A DNA stretch of 52,788 bases from a virus (lineage: Duplodnaviria > Caudoviricetes): IMG/VR virus record IMGVR_UViG_3300022707_001565, positions 1-52,788 of that record; one strand, 5' to 3'. This document shows positions 9,276-19,267 of the stretch, piece after piece. Positions within the stretch are counted from its first letter, which is position 1, and every line of letters begins with the position of its first letter. The notes below the pieces were generated by a model. It was not told where the DNA came from and searched no databases. It was given only the letters and a program-made list of their open reading frames with translations. The translations under genes were made by a program, and so were the position numbers.

Positions 9276-9983
9276 TTATTCTCCTCCTGTTATTCTGGCC
9301 ATTTCCTGGGCCGCTGCTATTGCTTTGATTGCTATCTCTGCTGGGGTCTCATCATTCCTATCCTCATCAACAAGACCCTCATGCTTAGCCAACATTTCTA
9401 ATGCCTTCATTTTATCATGTTGGGTTATTTTAATAGTTGTGGATTTCTCACCTACTGTTTCCTGTATGCTGGACACACCACGCCTTGCATCTTCACCCAT
9501 TTCCTCAAACGGCTTAACTTTTACACGGCCATCTTTAAATTCAACCACCTCACCAATATCAGCAAACGCTATCCGAGCATACTCAGCCAGTATCCGTTCT
9601 TTAGTAATTCCTTGAGCCTGGATCTGACTACGTGATTTATTATTAATGTAATGCTGAACACATGGCTCTTTCAATGCTGATTTTGACCAGCCCTTAGCAT
9701 TATAATTTTCTATACCAATATGAATGGCCACCGCAATAGCATAGTCCTCATCATTGCGTGCTGAAATGGTCCCGATATTATCAACATACGCATCACCAAA
9801 CTTTCGCTCAAGCGGCGTCATATGATACAATTTACGAGACATTATTTTGTATAGATCTTGGTCAACCAGATCAGTTTTCTTGGTAGACTTTTTCGCTGCC
9901 CGTTTGGATGAGGACTTTGTGCGCTTGCTCGGTGGTTTACCAGTCTGTGGCTCTACCGAATCTTTGGGATGGTTTTTGGCCAT
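9276..9983 (-). CDS. terS: Terminase small subunit
   Basis: ERILAEYARIAFADI...HDKMKALEMLAKH motifs; likely start MAKNHP at 9983. Confidence 0.85.
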   Translation of the reverse strand: MAKNHPKDSVEPQTGKPPSKRTKSSSKRAAKKSTKKTDLVDQDLYKIMSRKLYHMTPLERKFGDAYVDNIGTISARNDEDYAIAVAIHIGIENYNAKGWSKSALKEPCVQHYINNKSRSQIQAQGITKERILAEYARIAFADIGEVVEFKDGRVKVKPFEEMGEDARRGVSSIQETVGEKSTTIKITQHDKMKALEMLAKHEGLVDEDRNDETPAEIAIKAIAAAQEMARITGGE

Positions 9984-9987
9984 GGTG

Positions 9988-10014
9988 ATTATAAAATAAG
10001 GATTGTCTGGGCAA
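9988..10014 (-). promoter_or_regulatory. Putative terS promoter (possibly leaderless mRNA)
   Basis: TTGCCC-N15-TATAAT ending 4 nt before the ATG; no SD sequence. Confidence 0.45.
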
Positions 10015-10093
10015 AGTCGATAAGAATTCATAAAAGATGCTGAAAAAACCAAAGCGTACCGAAAGGATGTAAAAGTGGCAAAAACATTGAGAG

Positions 10094-10635
10094 ACTGGGT
10101 TTCAACTGGGTATCCTTAGAGGAAACTTTGGCATAAAATCAGGGGTTTTTGGCAAAGTTGGAGTGTAATATTTTCTTACGATACGCCGTAACCCCTTGTC
10201 AGACTACATTTTACATGGACAGCTGGTCAAAAGACTGGGTTTCTTAGAACCCCCTAGTAATTAGCGTAAACCCTTGGTATCAATACAATTAAAAAGTTCA
10301 ACTAACCCCTTAATACTGGGTAACTAGGTACGTTTTGGTCTAAGCTCGGACGATTTTGCTAGGAGTGGAGCACGTCTACTCGACTATATATAATCAATTC
10401 TAAATATAACTGAGGTAAAGAATATGGCTTAACCCAGTTGCCTTTGCCATTCCTTCAAACATAAACCATTCACACAACTCAACTTACCACGATACTGGGT
10501 TCTAGAAAAATCATTGTTTTCTTTTTTCTTTATTAATATAATATCATATATATAATAGACATACGACAGAATGCCTTTTAAATCGTACCCAGTTATTTTA
10601 CACATAAAAACTGGGTACAGAGCTTCAAACCCAGT
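10094..10635. repeat. Dispersed ACTGGGT/ACCCAGT heptamer array in the divergent intergenic region
   Basis: Nine exact copies at 10094, 10105, 10234, 10315, 10432, 10494, 10587, 10610 and 10629, plus an AT-rich tract at about 10510-10560. Confidence 0.85.
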
Positions 10636-10649
10636 TAGGAATAAAAACT

Positions 10650-11141
10650 ATGGATATAGTTGAAAAAGATATGGAGGCATCTGATCCACAGCCAAACATC
10701 ATTCATGGCTATAAATTAATTAAGAGGGGGTTAATAGCACCAAATGACATGTATTGGGCCCCAGAAAGAAAAGATTGGATACTCATGTCTGCAGGTCATT
10801 CCTATGTAGGACGTAAAATAATTCATGTAGGGCGAGTCATTAGACCACAAGACCAAACCATCAAAGAGGCAGGACGACAATTCAAAATCTATCGCTATGA
10901 AATACATGGCCAAGCAAACAGGCGTGGCATAGTCACAGCCCTGATGTATGCGGTTACGATTCGCCGCAATACCCACTTCAAACATTTAGTGGCTACCATC
11001 ACATGCACAGAAATGCAGTTCAAGTCGATAATTCAAATGCTCCACAGACCAGCAATGGCCAATATAAACTTCGATGACATCGAACATTTCCACACAGCAT
11101 TTGAGAACAGAGTAGAAGTAACAGGAGAGCGTAATGAGTAG
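10650..11141 (+). CDS. Hypothetical protein (first gene of the rightward arm)
   Basis: 163-aa ORF with AGGAATAAAAACTATG RBS. Confidence 0.65.
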   Translation: MDIVEKDMEASDPQPNIIHGYKLIKRGLIAPNDMYWAPERKDWILMSAGHSYVGRKIIHVGRVIRPQDQTIKEAGRQFKIYRYEIHGQANRRGIVTALMYAVTIRRNTHFKHLVATITCTEMQFKSIIQMLHRPAMANINFDDIEHFHTAFENRVEVTGERNE

Positions 11142-11370
11142 ACAAGAGAGGCGGCAAAAAATCGCAGATAAAATACATATACTGGCCAACAAAGGGAATG
11201 CATATTCCTATGAGTATTACAATCTTGTGCTCTGTGCCTCTCCAACAGATCATGGTTGGGTGGCTACATATCTAATCATCAATAAGGATGATCGCTGTAG
11301 CAATTCCCATTGCTGCATGTCTGCGGGAGAGGCAGCACGCTGGCTGATTGAAATCCTAGAATGGTACTAA
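11134..11370 (+). CDS. Hypothetical protein
   Basis: AGGAG RBS; overlaps the upstream stop. Confidence 0.55.
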   Translation: MSRQERRQKIADKIHILANKGNAYSYEYYNLVLCASPTDHGWVATYLIINKDDRCSNSHCCMSAGEAARWLIEILEWY

Positions 11371-11424
11371 ACATGGCCAAGCAAACAACTTATACAAATT
11401 TAAGACACCAGACCAAAATAGTTG

Positions 11425-11451
11425 TTTACTTTCACAATTACGCTATATGAT
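11425..11451 (+). promoter_or_regulatory. Putative early promoter
   Basis: TTTACT-N15-TATGAT; the 20 bp at 11413-11432 are identical to 35824-35843. Confidence 0.65.
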
Positions 11452-11548
11452 CTAATTCAGATAAAAGGAAAACATAATGCTCGCTGCTTTCATCCTCATT
11501 TGGATACTTATCATCTTCACCATCATGGCCTGCACATAGGAACCAACC

Positions 11549-11755
11549 ATGCACCCAGACGCCTTAGAGCCCCGCACTGACAGAAAATTCCGCTTGACTT
11601 TTACCTCAGGCAAATCGCATATCATCTGGGCAGAAAGTGAAGAGCACGCGCTTTACAGAGCATCAGTTGAACAATGGCTCCAGCCTTATGGTCCCGTCAA
11701 TTACGTTGAAGAAATCGGAATCCCTAGCACAGAAAGAAATGACAGATGCGCATAA
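11549..11755 (+). CDS. Hypothetical protein
   Basis: AGGAAC RBS; 68 aa. Confidence 0.55.
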   Translation: MHPDALEPRTDRKFRLTFTSGKSHIIWAESEEHALYRASVEQWLQPYGPVNYVEEIGIPSTERNDRCA

Positions 11756-11933
11756 TCCCAAAATGCAAATTCCATCCATTCGCCGCAGAAAGAGCAGAGC
11801 GTGAGGGCAGATATGAGGATGCCATCGAGTTATATAAACTGGCCATCATCAATGCTGATACCCTAGCAGATAAAGAAATGTACCAAGACAGTATCGACTT
11901 TTGCAAATCATTAATCCCATAAAGGAATAAAAG

Positions 11934-12131
11934 ATGCTCTATAAAATTACTTTTGAATCCACACTGATGAACTGTTTTGGTGGCACTGCAATAATCCGCG
12001 CTGGCAACAGCAATGAAGCGCATGCTATATTACGAGTTCATTTCCGCCAAGTACCTACAAAAGATGAATGCGATATTGATGAATTATCTGAAGGCGCAGG
12101 CATTTTATATTATAAAAGTAGCGATCAATAA
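11934..12131 (+). CDS. Hypothetical protein
   Basis: AAAGGAATAAAAGATG start context. Confidence 0.6.
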   Translation: MLYKITFESTLMNCFGGTAIIRAGNSNEAHAILRVHFRQVPTKDECDIDELSEGAGILYYKSSDQ

Positions 12132-12140
12132 GGAGCAACC

Positions 12141-12341
12141 ATGCCATTAACAATCCACAATCAGAAAACCAAAGCAGCAATAGATGAACGCTGCCACGGG
12201 CATTTAAAACGGGAAATTACAAAACATTTCGCCTGCGTCACCCTAGCAGAATCTGTCTACCACCGTTATGCTTTACGCAATCCCCGCGATTATAATATCG
12301 TGATCAACCGCACCATGGCAGTGATAACACCTAGGGGCTAA
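12141..12341 (+). CDS. Hypothetical protein
   Basis: AAGGAG RBS. Confidence 0.55.
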   Translation: MPLTIHNQKTKAAIDERCHGHLKREITKHFACVTLAESVYHRYALRNPRDYNIVINRTMAVITPRG

Positions 12342-12343
12342 GC

Positions 12344-12553
12344 ATGAAAATAGAATTCAACAAGAAAAATTTCGCCTGCGTGACTGTAGTCATTGATGGG
12401 ACAGGTATTGGCAGGATTACTTTAACTGTTGATGGGTATGTATTTTGGGATCTGCTCCCTGAATTTGCCCTTGGCCAGATAGAATTAGAAATAATATTGA
12501 GACAGATAAAGGAATTGAATAAACATTTAAACACTGACCACCCACCAAAATAA
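12344..12553 (+). CDS. Hypothetical protein
   Basis: ORF tightly packed in the operon. Confidence 0.5.
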   Translation: MKIEFNKKNFACVTVVIDGTGIGRITLTVDGYVFWDLLPEFALGQIELEIILRQIKELNKHLNTDHPPK

Positions 12554-12557
12554 AAGC

Positions 12558-12584
12558 TTTAACTTAAAAATAACGCTCTATAGT
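12558..12584 (+). promoter_or_regulatory. Putative promoter
   Basis: TTTAAC-N15-TATAGT in an intergenic gap. Confidence 0.55.
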
Positions 12585-12608
12585 CAAATTCAATTAAAGG
12601 AACTAAAG

Positions 12609-12824
12609 ATGAAGATCCAAAAAATAATCTCTCAACATCGCAGAGACTTCCAAGCTATATATGAATGCGAGCATTGCAGCCACACACATAAAGGCTCAGG
12701 CTATGACGATACAAATTTTCACCAGAATGTAATTCCAGATATGGAATGCCCTGAGTGTGGTAAAAAAGCTCCAGAGGATAATAGGCCATTGGCTCCAAAA
12801 TATCCTGATGGGTTGACAGTTTAA
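12609..12824 (+). CDS. Zinc-ribbon protein
   Basis: CEHC...CPEC pairs; AAAGGAACTAAAGATG start context. Confidence 0.7.
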   Translation: MKIQKIISQHRRDFQAIYECEHCSHTHKGSGYDDTNFHQNVIPDMECPECGKKAPEDNRPLAPKYPDGLTV

Positions 12825-13057
12825 TGAAAACAATTGCAGGCATCCCAACAGAATTAATACTCCAATCAATAGCTGCTCAGCTGGCCAGGCTGGATGATAA
12901 AGTCCAAGGTGAATTCTTTAATACATTCTGTAATGAATTGCGAATCAACTGTGTAACAAATTACAATGCATGTATTCAATTAAGAAACGCTCAAAGCTAT
13001 ATAGAAGAAAATAATCAAGAGCTGTTGGGCCACATGCTTCCAAGTGAAGGGGATTAA
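12824..13057 (+). CDS. Hypothetical protein
   Basis: TAATG coupling to the upstream gene. Confidence 0.55.
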   Translation: MKTIAGIPTELILQSIAAQLARLDDKVQGEFFNTFCNELRINCVTNYNACIQLRNAQSYIEENNQELLGHMLPSEGD

Positions 13058-13059
13058 AG

Positions 13060-13788
13060 ATGGGACGTGAAATAAAAAGAGTAGCATTAGATTTTGAATG
13101 GCCACCCAACCAGATTTGGAAAGGCTATTGGAATCCTTATAGCGGATTAAAATGCAGCACCTGTGATGGCTCAGGCATGGCACCTGAATATAAAATATTA
13201 AGCGATGGCTGGTATAATATAAATTGGTGCTATGAAATAACCCAAGATGAAGTGCAAGCTCTTTGGGATGATGGCAGGCTCAGAGATTTTGAAAATAAAA
13301 ATAATGAAGTCCCAACCGCAGCTGAAGTTAATGCATGGGCGCGAACAAATGGCATGGGCCATGATGCTATTAATAAATATATATGTGTTGACCAGCGAGC
13401 AAAACGCCTTGGCATAACAGAAAAGAAATGCAAATGGTGTGGTGAAGATGGAGAATTGTGGCCCAGTGAAGAAATTAAAACCCTAGCAGAAAACTTTAAA
13501 CATATAGAACCGCCTGAAGGCGAAGGATATCAAATGTGGGAAACAACAAGCGAAGGCTCACCACAATCGCCTGTATGTGAAACGCCAGAAGAATTAGCGC
13601 ATTGGTTAACAGATAATAAAGCATCAGTGTTTGGATATGACACAACAACATATGAAAATTGGTTGGCATTTTGCAAAGGCCCTGGATGGGCTCCAGATTT
13701 AATTGTTAACATTCCAGGCAAAATACAAAGCGGCGTTGATGCCATGGCAGAGAAAGACCGAGCTGTTAAGCTAGGGGATATGCCATGA
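13060..13788 (+). CDS. Hypothetical protein with DnaJ-like CxxCxGxG zinc motifs
   Basis: CSTCDGSG and CKWCGEDG; GEGYQMWETTSEGSPQSPV segment. Confidence 0.7.
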   Translation: MGREIKRVALDFEWPPNQIWKGYWNPYSGLKCSTCDGSGMAPEYKILSDGWYNINWCYEITQDEVQALWDDGRLRDFENKNNEVPTAAEVNAWARTNGMGHDAINKYICVDQRAKRLGITEKKCKWCGEDGELWPSEEIKTLAENFKHIEPPEGEGYQMWETTSEGSPQSPVCETPEELAHWLTDNKASVFGYDTTTYENWLAFCKGPGWAPDLIVNIPGKIQSGVDAMAEKDRAVKLGDMP

Positions 13789-13906
13789 CTAAGAAAACAA
13801 CACAACAAGCTTGTCAAGATTTATCTGATGCATGGGATAATTTTATTAAAGTCCTAGCAAAAGAAATAAGCAGACCAATCATATTTTTATTTATCAGGAA
13901 TAAAAG

Positions 13907-14107
13907 ATGACTAAGAAAAAAAGGAATCTCCACACTCCATGGCACCCTGCTTTACAAACCATGCGAGAGGATGAAAACTTTGCACCTTACTGTATGGAAT
14001 GTCCTGGATTAAGGCGCATGGTAAGAGTTGATTTTGATACTGCCAACTGCAGTATGTGCGGTGAAACATATTCATTAAAAGAATATAACCCTAGCTCAGG
14101 GAGATAA
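13907..14107 (+). CDS. Small zinc-finger protein
   Basis: CMEC...CSMC; AGGAATAAAAGATG start context. Confidence 0.6.
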   Translation: MTKKKRNLHTPWHPALQTMREDENFAPYCMECPGLRRMVRVDFDTANCSMCGETYSLKEYNPSSGR

Positions 14108-14109
14108 TC

Positions 14110-14295
14110 ATGACCACTTGCCCCACGTGTAATGGTACTGGCTCAACAGGATCAACTGGTGGCTGTAAAGAATATAGAGCACAGATAAGGTGCTGGACCT
14201 GTAATGGCACTGGCAGAGATACATGGGATGATTTTATGACAACTAAACATGGCGCTAATTGGCGCAACATTATATGGGATGATCATCATGATTAA
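14110..14295 (+). CDS. Small DnaJ-type zinc-finger protein
   Basis: CPTCNGTG...CWTCNGTG. Confidence 0.65.
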   Translation: MTTCPTCNGTGSTGSTGGCKEYRAQIRCWTCNGTGRDTWDDFMTTKHGANWRNIIWDDHHD

Positions 14296-14460
14296 AGCTT
14301 CAAAACTTAAAAGATTGTTGCATCAAATACCAGATGATGCTGAAGTATACGCTTATGAAGGGGAACAGACAGGCATTGTTATTAAACGTGATTACGAGTT
14401 GTGGTTCATTGGTTGTTATGATTCTAAAGAAAAAGATACATACACAGAAGGATTTGAATA

Positions 14461-14748
14461 ATGATTAAATTATTATGCATCAATGACTATTTCCCTAGCA
14501 ATTGCGACAGACCGTGGATGCCAATAGAAGGGGGAATATACACTGCATCAATTATAAAAGGCAGGCAGGTTACATTAATTGAAGATGAACTTATCGAACG
14601 ACCTGGAAAGTCAGATAGCGTTGGACGCATAGCATTCCATAATGGTCGCTGGCCATTCAGATCCAACCGTTTTGTCGATATTACAACTATTGCTAAATCT
14701 GAATCACACGCAGCTTATGCACAAGAGAAAATAAAATCTGATGTCTGA
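14461..14748 (+). CDS. Hypothetical protein
   Basis: TAATG coupling; 95 aa. Confidence 0.55.
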   Translation: MIKLLCINDYFPSNCDRPWMPIEGGIYTASIIKGRQVTLIEDELIERPGKSDSVGRIAFHNGRWPFRSNRFVDITTIAKSESHAAYAQEKIKSDV

Positions 14749-15025
14749 CACGTTGCGTGGGCATCCTATTTATCAAGACGATAATGGTGATTTTAGATTC
14801 TGTGATGATGATACATTAACGGTTGAAAACTGGTTTAATAGACCGTGTGGGCATTGCGGAAAGTATGGAAACAGTAACACGGGGTTGCCCGATCCATGCT
14901 TGGGTGTCTTAGATGGCGTCACGAATGCATGCTGTGGCCATGGAGATCCTGGCCAGGCATATATTTGTTTTGAGAATGGACTTAGAATAGAAGGATTTAA
15001 AATAGATAGCAAAAGGATTAAATAA
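14741..15025 (+). CDS. Cys/His-rich hypothetical protein
   Basis: RPCGHCG...DPCLG...NACCGHG. Confidence 0.65.
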   Translation: MSDTLRGHPIYQDDNGDFRFCDDDTLTVENWFNRPCGHCGKYGNSNTGLPDPCLGVLDGVTNACCGHGDPGQAYICFENGLRIEGFKIDSKRIK

Positions 15026-15511
15026 ATGAAAATTGAAATCAGCAACACCAATTTTCATAATGAAGATAAGACTAAGCAATGGAAACAATATCTGGTTAGT
15101 ATAACTGATCGTAACGAAATAATGAATTGCAAAGAGAAGCGTACATTCTGGCTTAATGGCCCTGATGAGATGCGACAGTTGGCAAATGGATTATTAAAAA
15201 AGGCTGAAGAATTAGACCCAATAACTGAACTTCTATCCCCAACAACTAAAGCCCTACAGAATATACATGAAAATAACGCAGCAATTATTGCAGCAAGCGA
15301 ACAGGATGCAGTCCTAAGAACAGGCGCTGGCCATATGGCAGTAAAACTAAAACCAGTTATGCGCCCCAAAAACAGATCCAGAGGTTTGCTTGCACAAATA
15401 AATAATTCAAATGATCTTGGAAAGCAGCGTCTTGTATTAAACACAGATATGCATGGCAGCTCATGCATTAAACTGCTTGATGCACACAACAATTTAATAG
15501 GATACATCTAA
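15026..15511 (+). CDS. Hypothetical protein
   Basis: 161-aa ORF abutting both neighbours. Confidence 0.55.
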   Translation: MKIEISNTNFHNEDKTKQWKQYLVSITDRNEIMNCKEKRTFWLNGPDEMRQLANGLLKKAEELDPITELLSPTTKALQNIHENNAAIIAASEQDAVLRTGAGHMAVKLKPVMRPKNRSRGLLAQINNSNDLGKQRLVLNTDMHGSSCIKLLDAHNNLIGYI

Positions 15512-16215
15512 TGGCCAAAACAAGAGAATTAATTATCCCTGTGCTTGATGATATTATGAGTGATTTTGATCGCTATTACATTAGGCACCCAACTGCGGAT
15601 GGTAAAAAGCCTGAGCCATATTTATTATTGAGTGAACATGATTTTTGTAGGCTACGCATAGAAGCGCGCTCTGCATTTGTGCAACAAGTTCATGATGAAT
15701 ATAATATGAAAGCACAAGAGTTCAATGGGTATAAAATCCTGAGAACTAGCAAACGGGTCGAACCACAAATGGTAATTAAATGCCCTAGCTATACCGAAAG
15801 AGGCAGGAGTGTTAATATTAAAATAGAAGGCAGTTTGTGGCCAACGCAAAGCGCCATGAAACAATTTGCAAAGGCTGTTGGCGAAATTGATCCAGAGAAA
15901 TATGAACTGGACCCTCCCAACATCAGACCAGATAGACAGAATAACCTAGCTAAATATCCAACGGATAAAAACTTTCTTGAGATGGTAGATAAAGAAAAGA
16001 AAGCCAAAACTACTGAAATAATATCTGGTGGGCACCGTGGTGGCAAAACAGCCAAAATCCAGCAACACAGAGATGAAATTAAAAAATCAATATCCAATCG
16101 CTTCAGATCTATACTAGACAAAACGAAAAACAAAGTACCAAAGCAGCCCCCGTGGTGGGTCCGTATGCTCAAGCTCAAACACAAAAAGAAACATGAGGAC
16201 AATTACGACAAATGA
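15511..16215 (+). CDS. Hypothetical protein
   Basis: 234-aa ORF; TAATG coupling. Confidence 0.6.
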   Translation: MAKTRELIIPVLDDIMSDFDRYYIRHPTADGKKPEPYLLLSEHDFCRLRIEARSAFVQQVHDEYNMKAQEFNGYKILRTSKRVEPQMVIKCPSYTERGRSVNIKIEGSLWPTQSAMKQFAKAVGEIDPEKYELDPPNIRPDRQNNLAKYPTDKNFLEMVDKEKKAKTTEIISGGHRGGKTAKIQQHRDEIKKSISNRFRSILDKTKNKVPKQPPWWVRMLKLKHKKKHEDNYDK

Positions 16216-16235
16216 CCATCAGCCTTAATTAATAC

Positions 16236-16262
16236 TTTACTTTCAAATCAACCCGCTACCCT
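16236..16262 (+). promoter_or_regulatory. Putative promoter
   Basis: TTTACT-N15-TACCCT; AATTAATACTTTACTTT is shared with 24833-24849. Confidence 0.55.
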
Positions 16263-16290
16263 AGGTAGCTCACCCAAAAAGGAATAAAAG

Positions 16291-16920
16291 ATGACAACCG
16301 CATTAATAGAGCCTGACCAGGCTAAAGTTGCACAGCAAATTAGAAAGCCAACAAAGAAACAGGCAGTATTAGCCGCATTGCTCCGCTATAAAGCAAAGCA
16401 AGAGGATAAGTTGGATGCGATTGAAGCAAAAAATACGCCACTCATAAAAGAATTGAAGAAAGAACGATCTTTAAAAGAAAATGAATTGGCAGAATTAATT
16501 ATTGCAACAGCTAAGAAAATGGGATTCACCTTAAAGAAATCAGATATTACAATTGATGCAAATTATTATAATCCTATTAAATTCAGCAAGACTAAAGATG
16601 GATATAGATTAGAGTCACATACCTATATGGATGGCTGGAAAGGCACTGAAGAATTTAAACGATTAAAAGCGCTTCAAAAAATTGAGAAGGATGCAGAAAA
16701 ACTACAAGATGAAATTGATAATGTTGAAAATAATTTAAGCGCAGACCACCTTGATGATGTTCGCAGAAGATTAGGTCTACACATGAGTGGCACTCAGGAA
16801 TATTCAGACATGCAAGTAGCTACTGCACTGTTAGAAGATAAAGCAACATCACAAAGTATTGATGCAGTCTTAAAATCTTTATCTGGGGAGCATGATACGC
16901 TTGGCATTGCACTTAAGTAA
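16291..16920 (+). CDS. Coiled-coil hypothetical protein
   Basis: 209 aa; AAAGGAATAAAAGATG start context. Confidence 0.7.
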   Translation: MTTALIEPDQAKVAQQIRKPTKKQAVLAALLRYKAKQEDKLDAIEAKNTPLIKELKKERSLKENELAELIIATAKKMGFTLKKSDITIDANYYNPIKFSKTKDGYRLESHTYMDGWKGTEEFKRLKALQKIEKDAEKLQDEIDNVENNLSADHLDDVRRRLGLHMSGTQEYSDMQVATALLEDKATSQSIDAVLKSLSGEHDTLGIALK

Positions 16921-17296
16921 TATCGCTGTTGGACTCTATCACACACAGGGTCAGGTTACGTTCACCGACTGGGACAGAACAGGTCAGCCAAAAAGCAAGA
17001 AACATGGTGGCAGTATTAAAGGAATAAAAGATTGAACCCAAAGCGCAGAATAAGCAAAGCAACATTTATTTGCAGGCATTTACTGCGCAGTGGGAAGTTT
17101 TACTATAACATTTATCAAGGGCAAGATGGAATATATTTTAGCGATCCAGAAACATTTAACTGTGAGGACTTAACTGAATTAAAAATAAACATTAACAATA
17201 AAAAGAATATCAGCATGACTGGAGGCGAGCATTTTAAGCGCATGCAGGAATGCCAATCCAACCAAATCAAACTCCAACAGATAAAGGACAATCCAA

Positions 17297-17863
17297 ATGT
17301 TGAACCAATTACGAAAACCAAACGTCGATAGATGCCTCGAAGTATTCCACGATTCGCTTGAGGAATGGTCAGTGTCTGACTGGGCATGCGCTGCTGCAGG
17401 CGAATGTGGCGAAGTGTGTGACGCTGTTAAGAAATTAAGGCGATTGGAAACAGGCGCACCAAATAAGGAAACAGACCCATATGATATTGAAACTGCTGTT
17501 AAGGCAATTGGGGAAGAAATTGCAGACACTATTATCTATTTGGATTTATTGGCTGCTCGATTAAACATTGATTTAGATTGGGCAATCCAAGAAAAATTCA
17601 ACGCAGTGTCCAAGCGATTAAATAGCAAAGTATTTATTGACACATCCCCTGAAGAAGAAAAATCAAAAGATTATCTGGTTTGGGATTGTAAAATTGTCAT
17701 CCCTATTGATTCAGACACGCCAAGCGGATTTGATGCACCGCCAAGATCTGCCGCATGCGCGGCAGTAGAAGCGGCAGGCTTTGAAGTGCTTGGTTGTTTC
17801 TCTGGCTGGAATGGCAATTTAGAAAAAAGGGAATTACAGGTCTTAGAAAGCAATCCATTGTGA
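17297..17863 (+). CDS. MazG-like nucleotide pyrophosphohydrolase with an extra C-terminal domain
   Basis: AAGECGEVCDAVKK...EEIADTIIYLDLLA...QEKFN (ExxE...ExxD MazG motif). Confidence 0.85.
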   Translation: MLNQLRKPNVDRCLEVFHDSLEEWSVSDWACAAAGECGEVCDAVKKLRRLETGAPNKETDPYDIETAVKAIGEEIADTIIYLDLLAARLNIDLDWAIQEKFNAVSKRLNSKVFIDTSPEEEKSKDYLVWDCKIVIPIDSDTPSGFDAPPRSAACAAVEAAGFEVLGCFSGWNGNLEKRELQVLESNPL

Positions 17864-18108
17864 AAGCAGTCAAATTCCCCCAAGCCAATAAAATATTAAC
17901 AGCACCTGCAGGCAAAGAAAAAGAAGTATATGATTTGCATGTCTGCCAGACAGAGGATTCTAATGGCCAGACTGTTGTTATATCCTGCTTTGAATTAGAT
18001 GATGATGATTTAATAAACTTAAATTTGAATCGCAAATTATATCTAAGCTTCCATGGCACTACCCACCCACCTGTTGCAATTTATTGTGAAGATCCATGGA
18101 AGGAATAA
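17860..18108 (+). CDS. Hypothetical protein
   Basis: GTGA overlap start VKAVKFPQAN; ISCFEL...HPPV. Confidence 0.6.
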   Translation: MKAVKFPQANKILTAPAGKEKEVYDLHVCQTEDSNGQTVVISCFELDDDDLINLNLNRKLYLSFHGTTHPPVAIYCEDPWKE

Positions 18109-18749
18109 TGCCCAATAAACCTGTAGCAACAGACACAATCCACGAGCAGCAAACAATAGGCGAAATACCAAATCACCTGCTCGATTATCCTATTAAAAAT
18201 GCCGCAGCATCCCGACCTTTGATTGGGGAAATTGCAGAAGATTTTGCAATGAGTCTTTACACTTGCAATGTGCGACGATTGCGAGTTAATAGTGGGCGCA
18301 TATGCCCTGATATTAAATTAGGTGATGACGCATATGCAGAAGTAAAAGCAATTGGTCAAGGTGGCGCATCTCATTTATTTAAAACACGTATAGAAAAATA
18401 TCATACATTCATGAATAGTAAAGTTTCACCGCGCATAGAATATGTTTATATATTTCATGATGCAAAATGGGAGCAGGATGACACTAGGGATTCAATGCGC
18501 CATAAAGTTATAGAATCTATTTACCGTGTTTTATTTATTGATGCGAAAAAGTTGCATCAAGTTGTCCTTTTTCTGCCTGAGAAGAAATTTAATATTAAAG
18601 GCAGGCCTGAATTGGATAAAGGGTATAGGCTGACCAAGAATATAATGAACGTGATGTGGGCTTTATCTGAACGCTCGTACACACAAAAGAAATATATTTA
18701 TACTGCTTATAGATCCATGAACAATTTGCCAATAGGATTAATCCAATGA
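18108..18749 (+). CDS. Putative PD-(D/E)xK nuclease-like protein
   Basis: GEIAE...CPDIKLGDDAYAEVKA pattern. Confidence 0.5.
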   Translation: MPNKPVATDTIHEQQTIGEIPNHLLDYPIKNAAASRPLIGEIAEDFAMSLYTCNVRRLRVNSGRICPDIKLGDDAYAEVKAIGQGGASHLFKTRIEKYHTFMNSKVSPRIEYVYIFHDAKWEQDDTRDSMRHKVIESIYRVLFIDAKKLHQVVLFLPEKKFNIKGRPELDKGYRLTKNIMNVMWALSERSYTQKKYIYTAYRSMNNLPIGLIQ

Positions 18750-19117
18750 GTGCAAAAACCAAAAAAATAACCAAGCACCAATTCGATTTCTTTCAGGACT
18801 GCTGCTATGAATACATTGAAAAATTTGGATGCAAACAATATGAAGTTGAGATAAAAAAGGCTAAGCTGGATGGCCAATGCGCCCGTGTTAAAGTATCGCA
18901 GGGCGGTGCGTGGGCTAACATAGAAATTAATCAGGATATGACAATTCCTGTAGGGCAAACTATAAATGAATATCTGCGAGTCACTGCATTACATGAATGT
19001 TTGCATATATTATTATCTAATTATCGCATGCTTTCCGAATGTCGTTTTAATGTTGATGGTGAAGATGTTAGCTCTGAAGAAGAAAAGATTATAAGAGTCT
19101 TGGAGAAATTATTATGA
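18746..19117 (+). CDS. HExxH zincin-like protein
   Basis: ALHECLHILL plus a downstream EE. Confidence 0.65.
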   Translation: MSAKTKKITKHQFDFFQDCCYEYIEKFGCKQYEVEIKKAKLDGQCARVKVSQGGAWANIEINQDMTIPVGQTINEYLRVTALHECLHILLSNYRMLSECRFNVDGEDVSSEEEKIIRVLEKLL

Positions 19118-19267
19118 GTGCAACTCAGAAAAGACGCAGAGAACGCCAGCGCGAATACGTGCGGCAGATAATCCAAGCCCCATGCTCAAAGTGCGGGAAA
19201 AAAGAAAAACATTTTATCCATGCCTCTTTAGGCGAACCATCATTTTATTTATGCGAGGTAGAAAATA

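Noticed and set aside
10094-10635. Possible CRISPR or mini-array
   Set aside because: Repeats are only 7-10 bp, irregularly spaced and in both orientations; no cas genes.
16015-16056. IISGGHRGGKT Walker A-like string
   Set aside because: No Walker B or surrounding ATPase fold; too close to the C-terminus for an NTPase domain.
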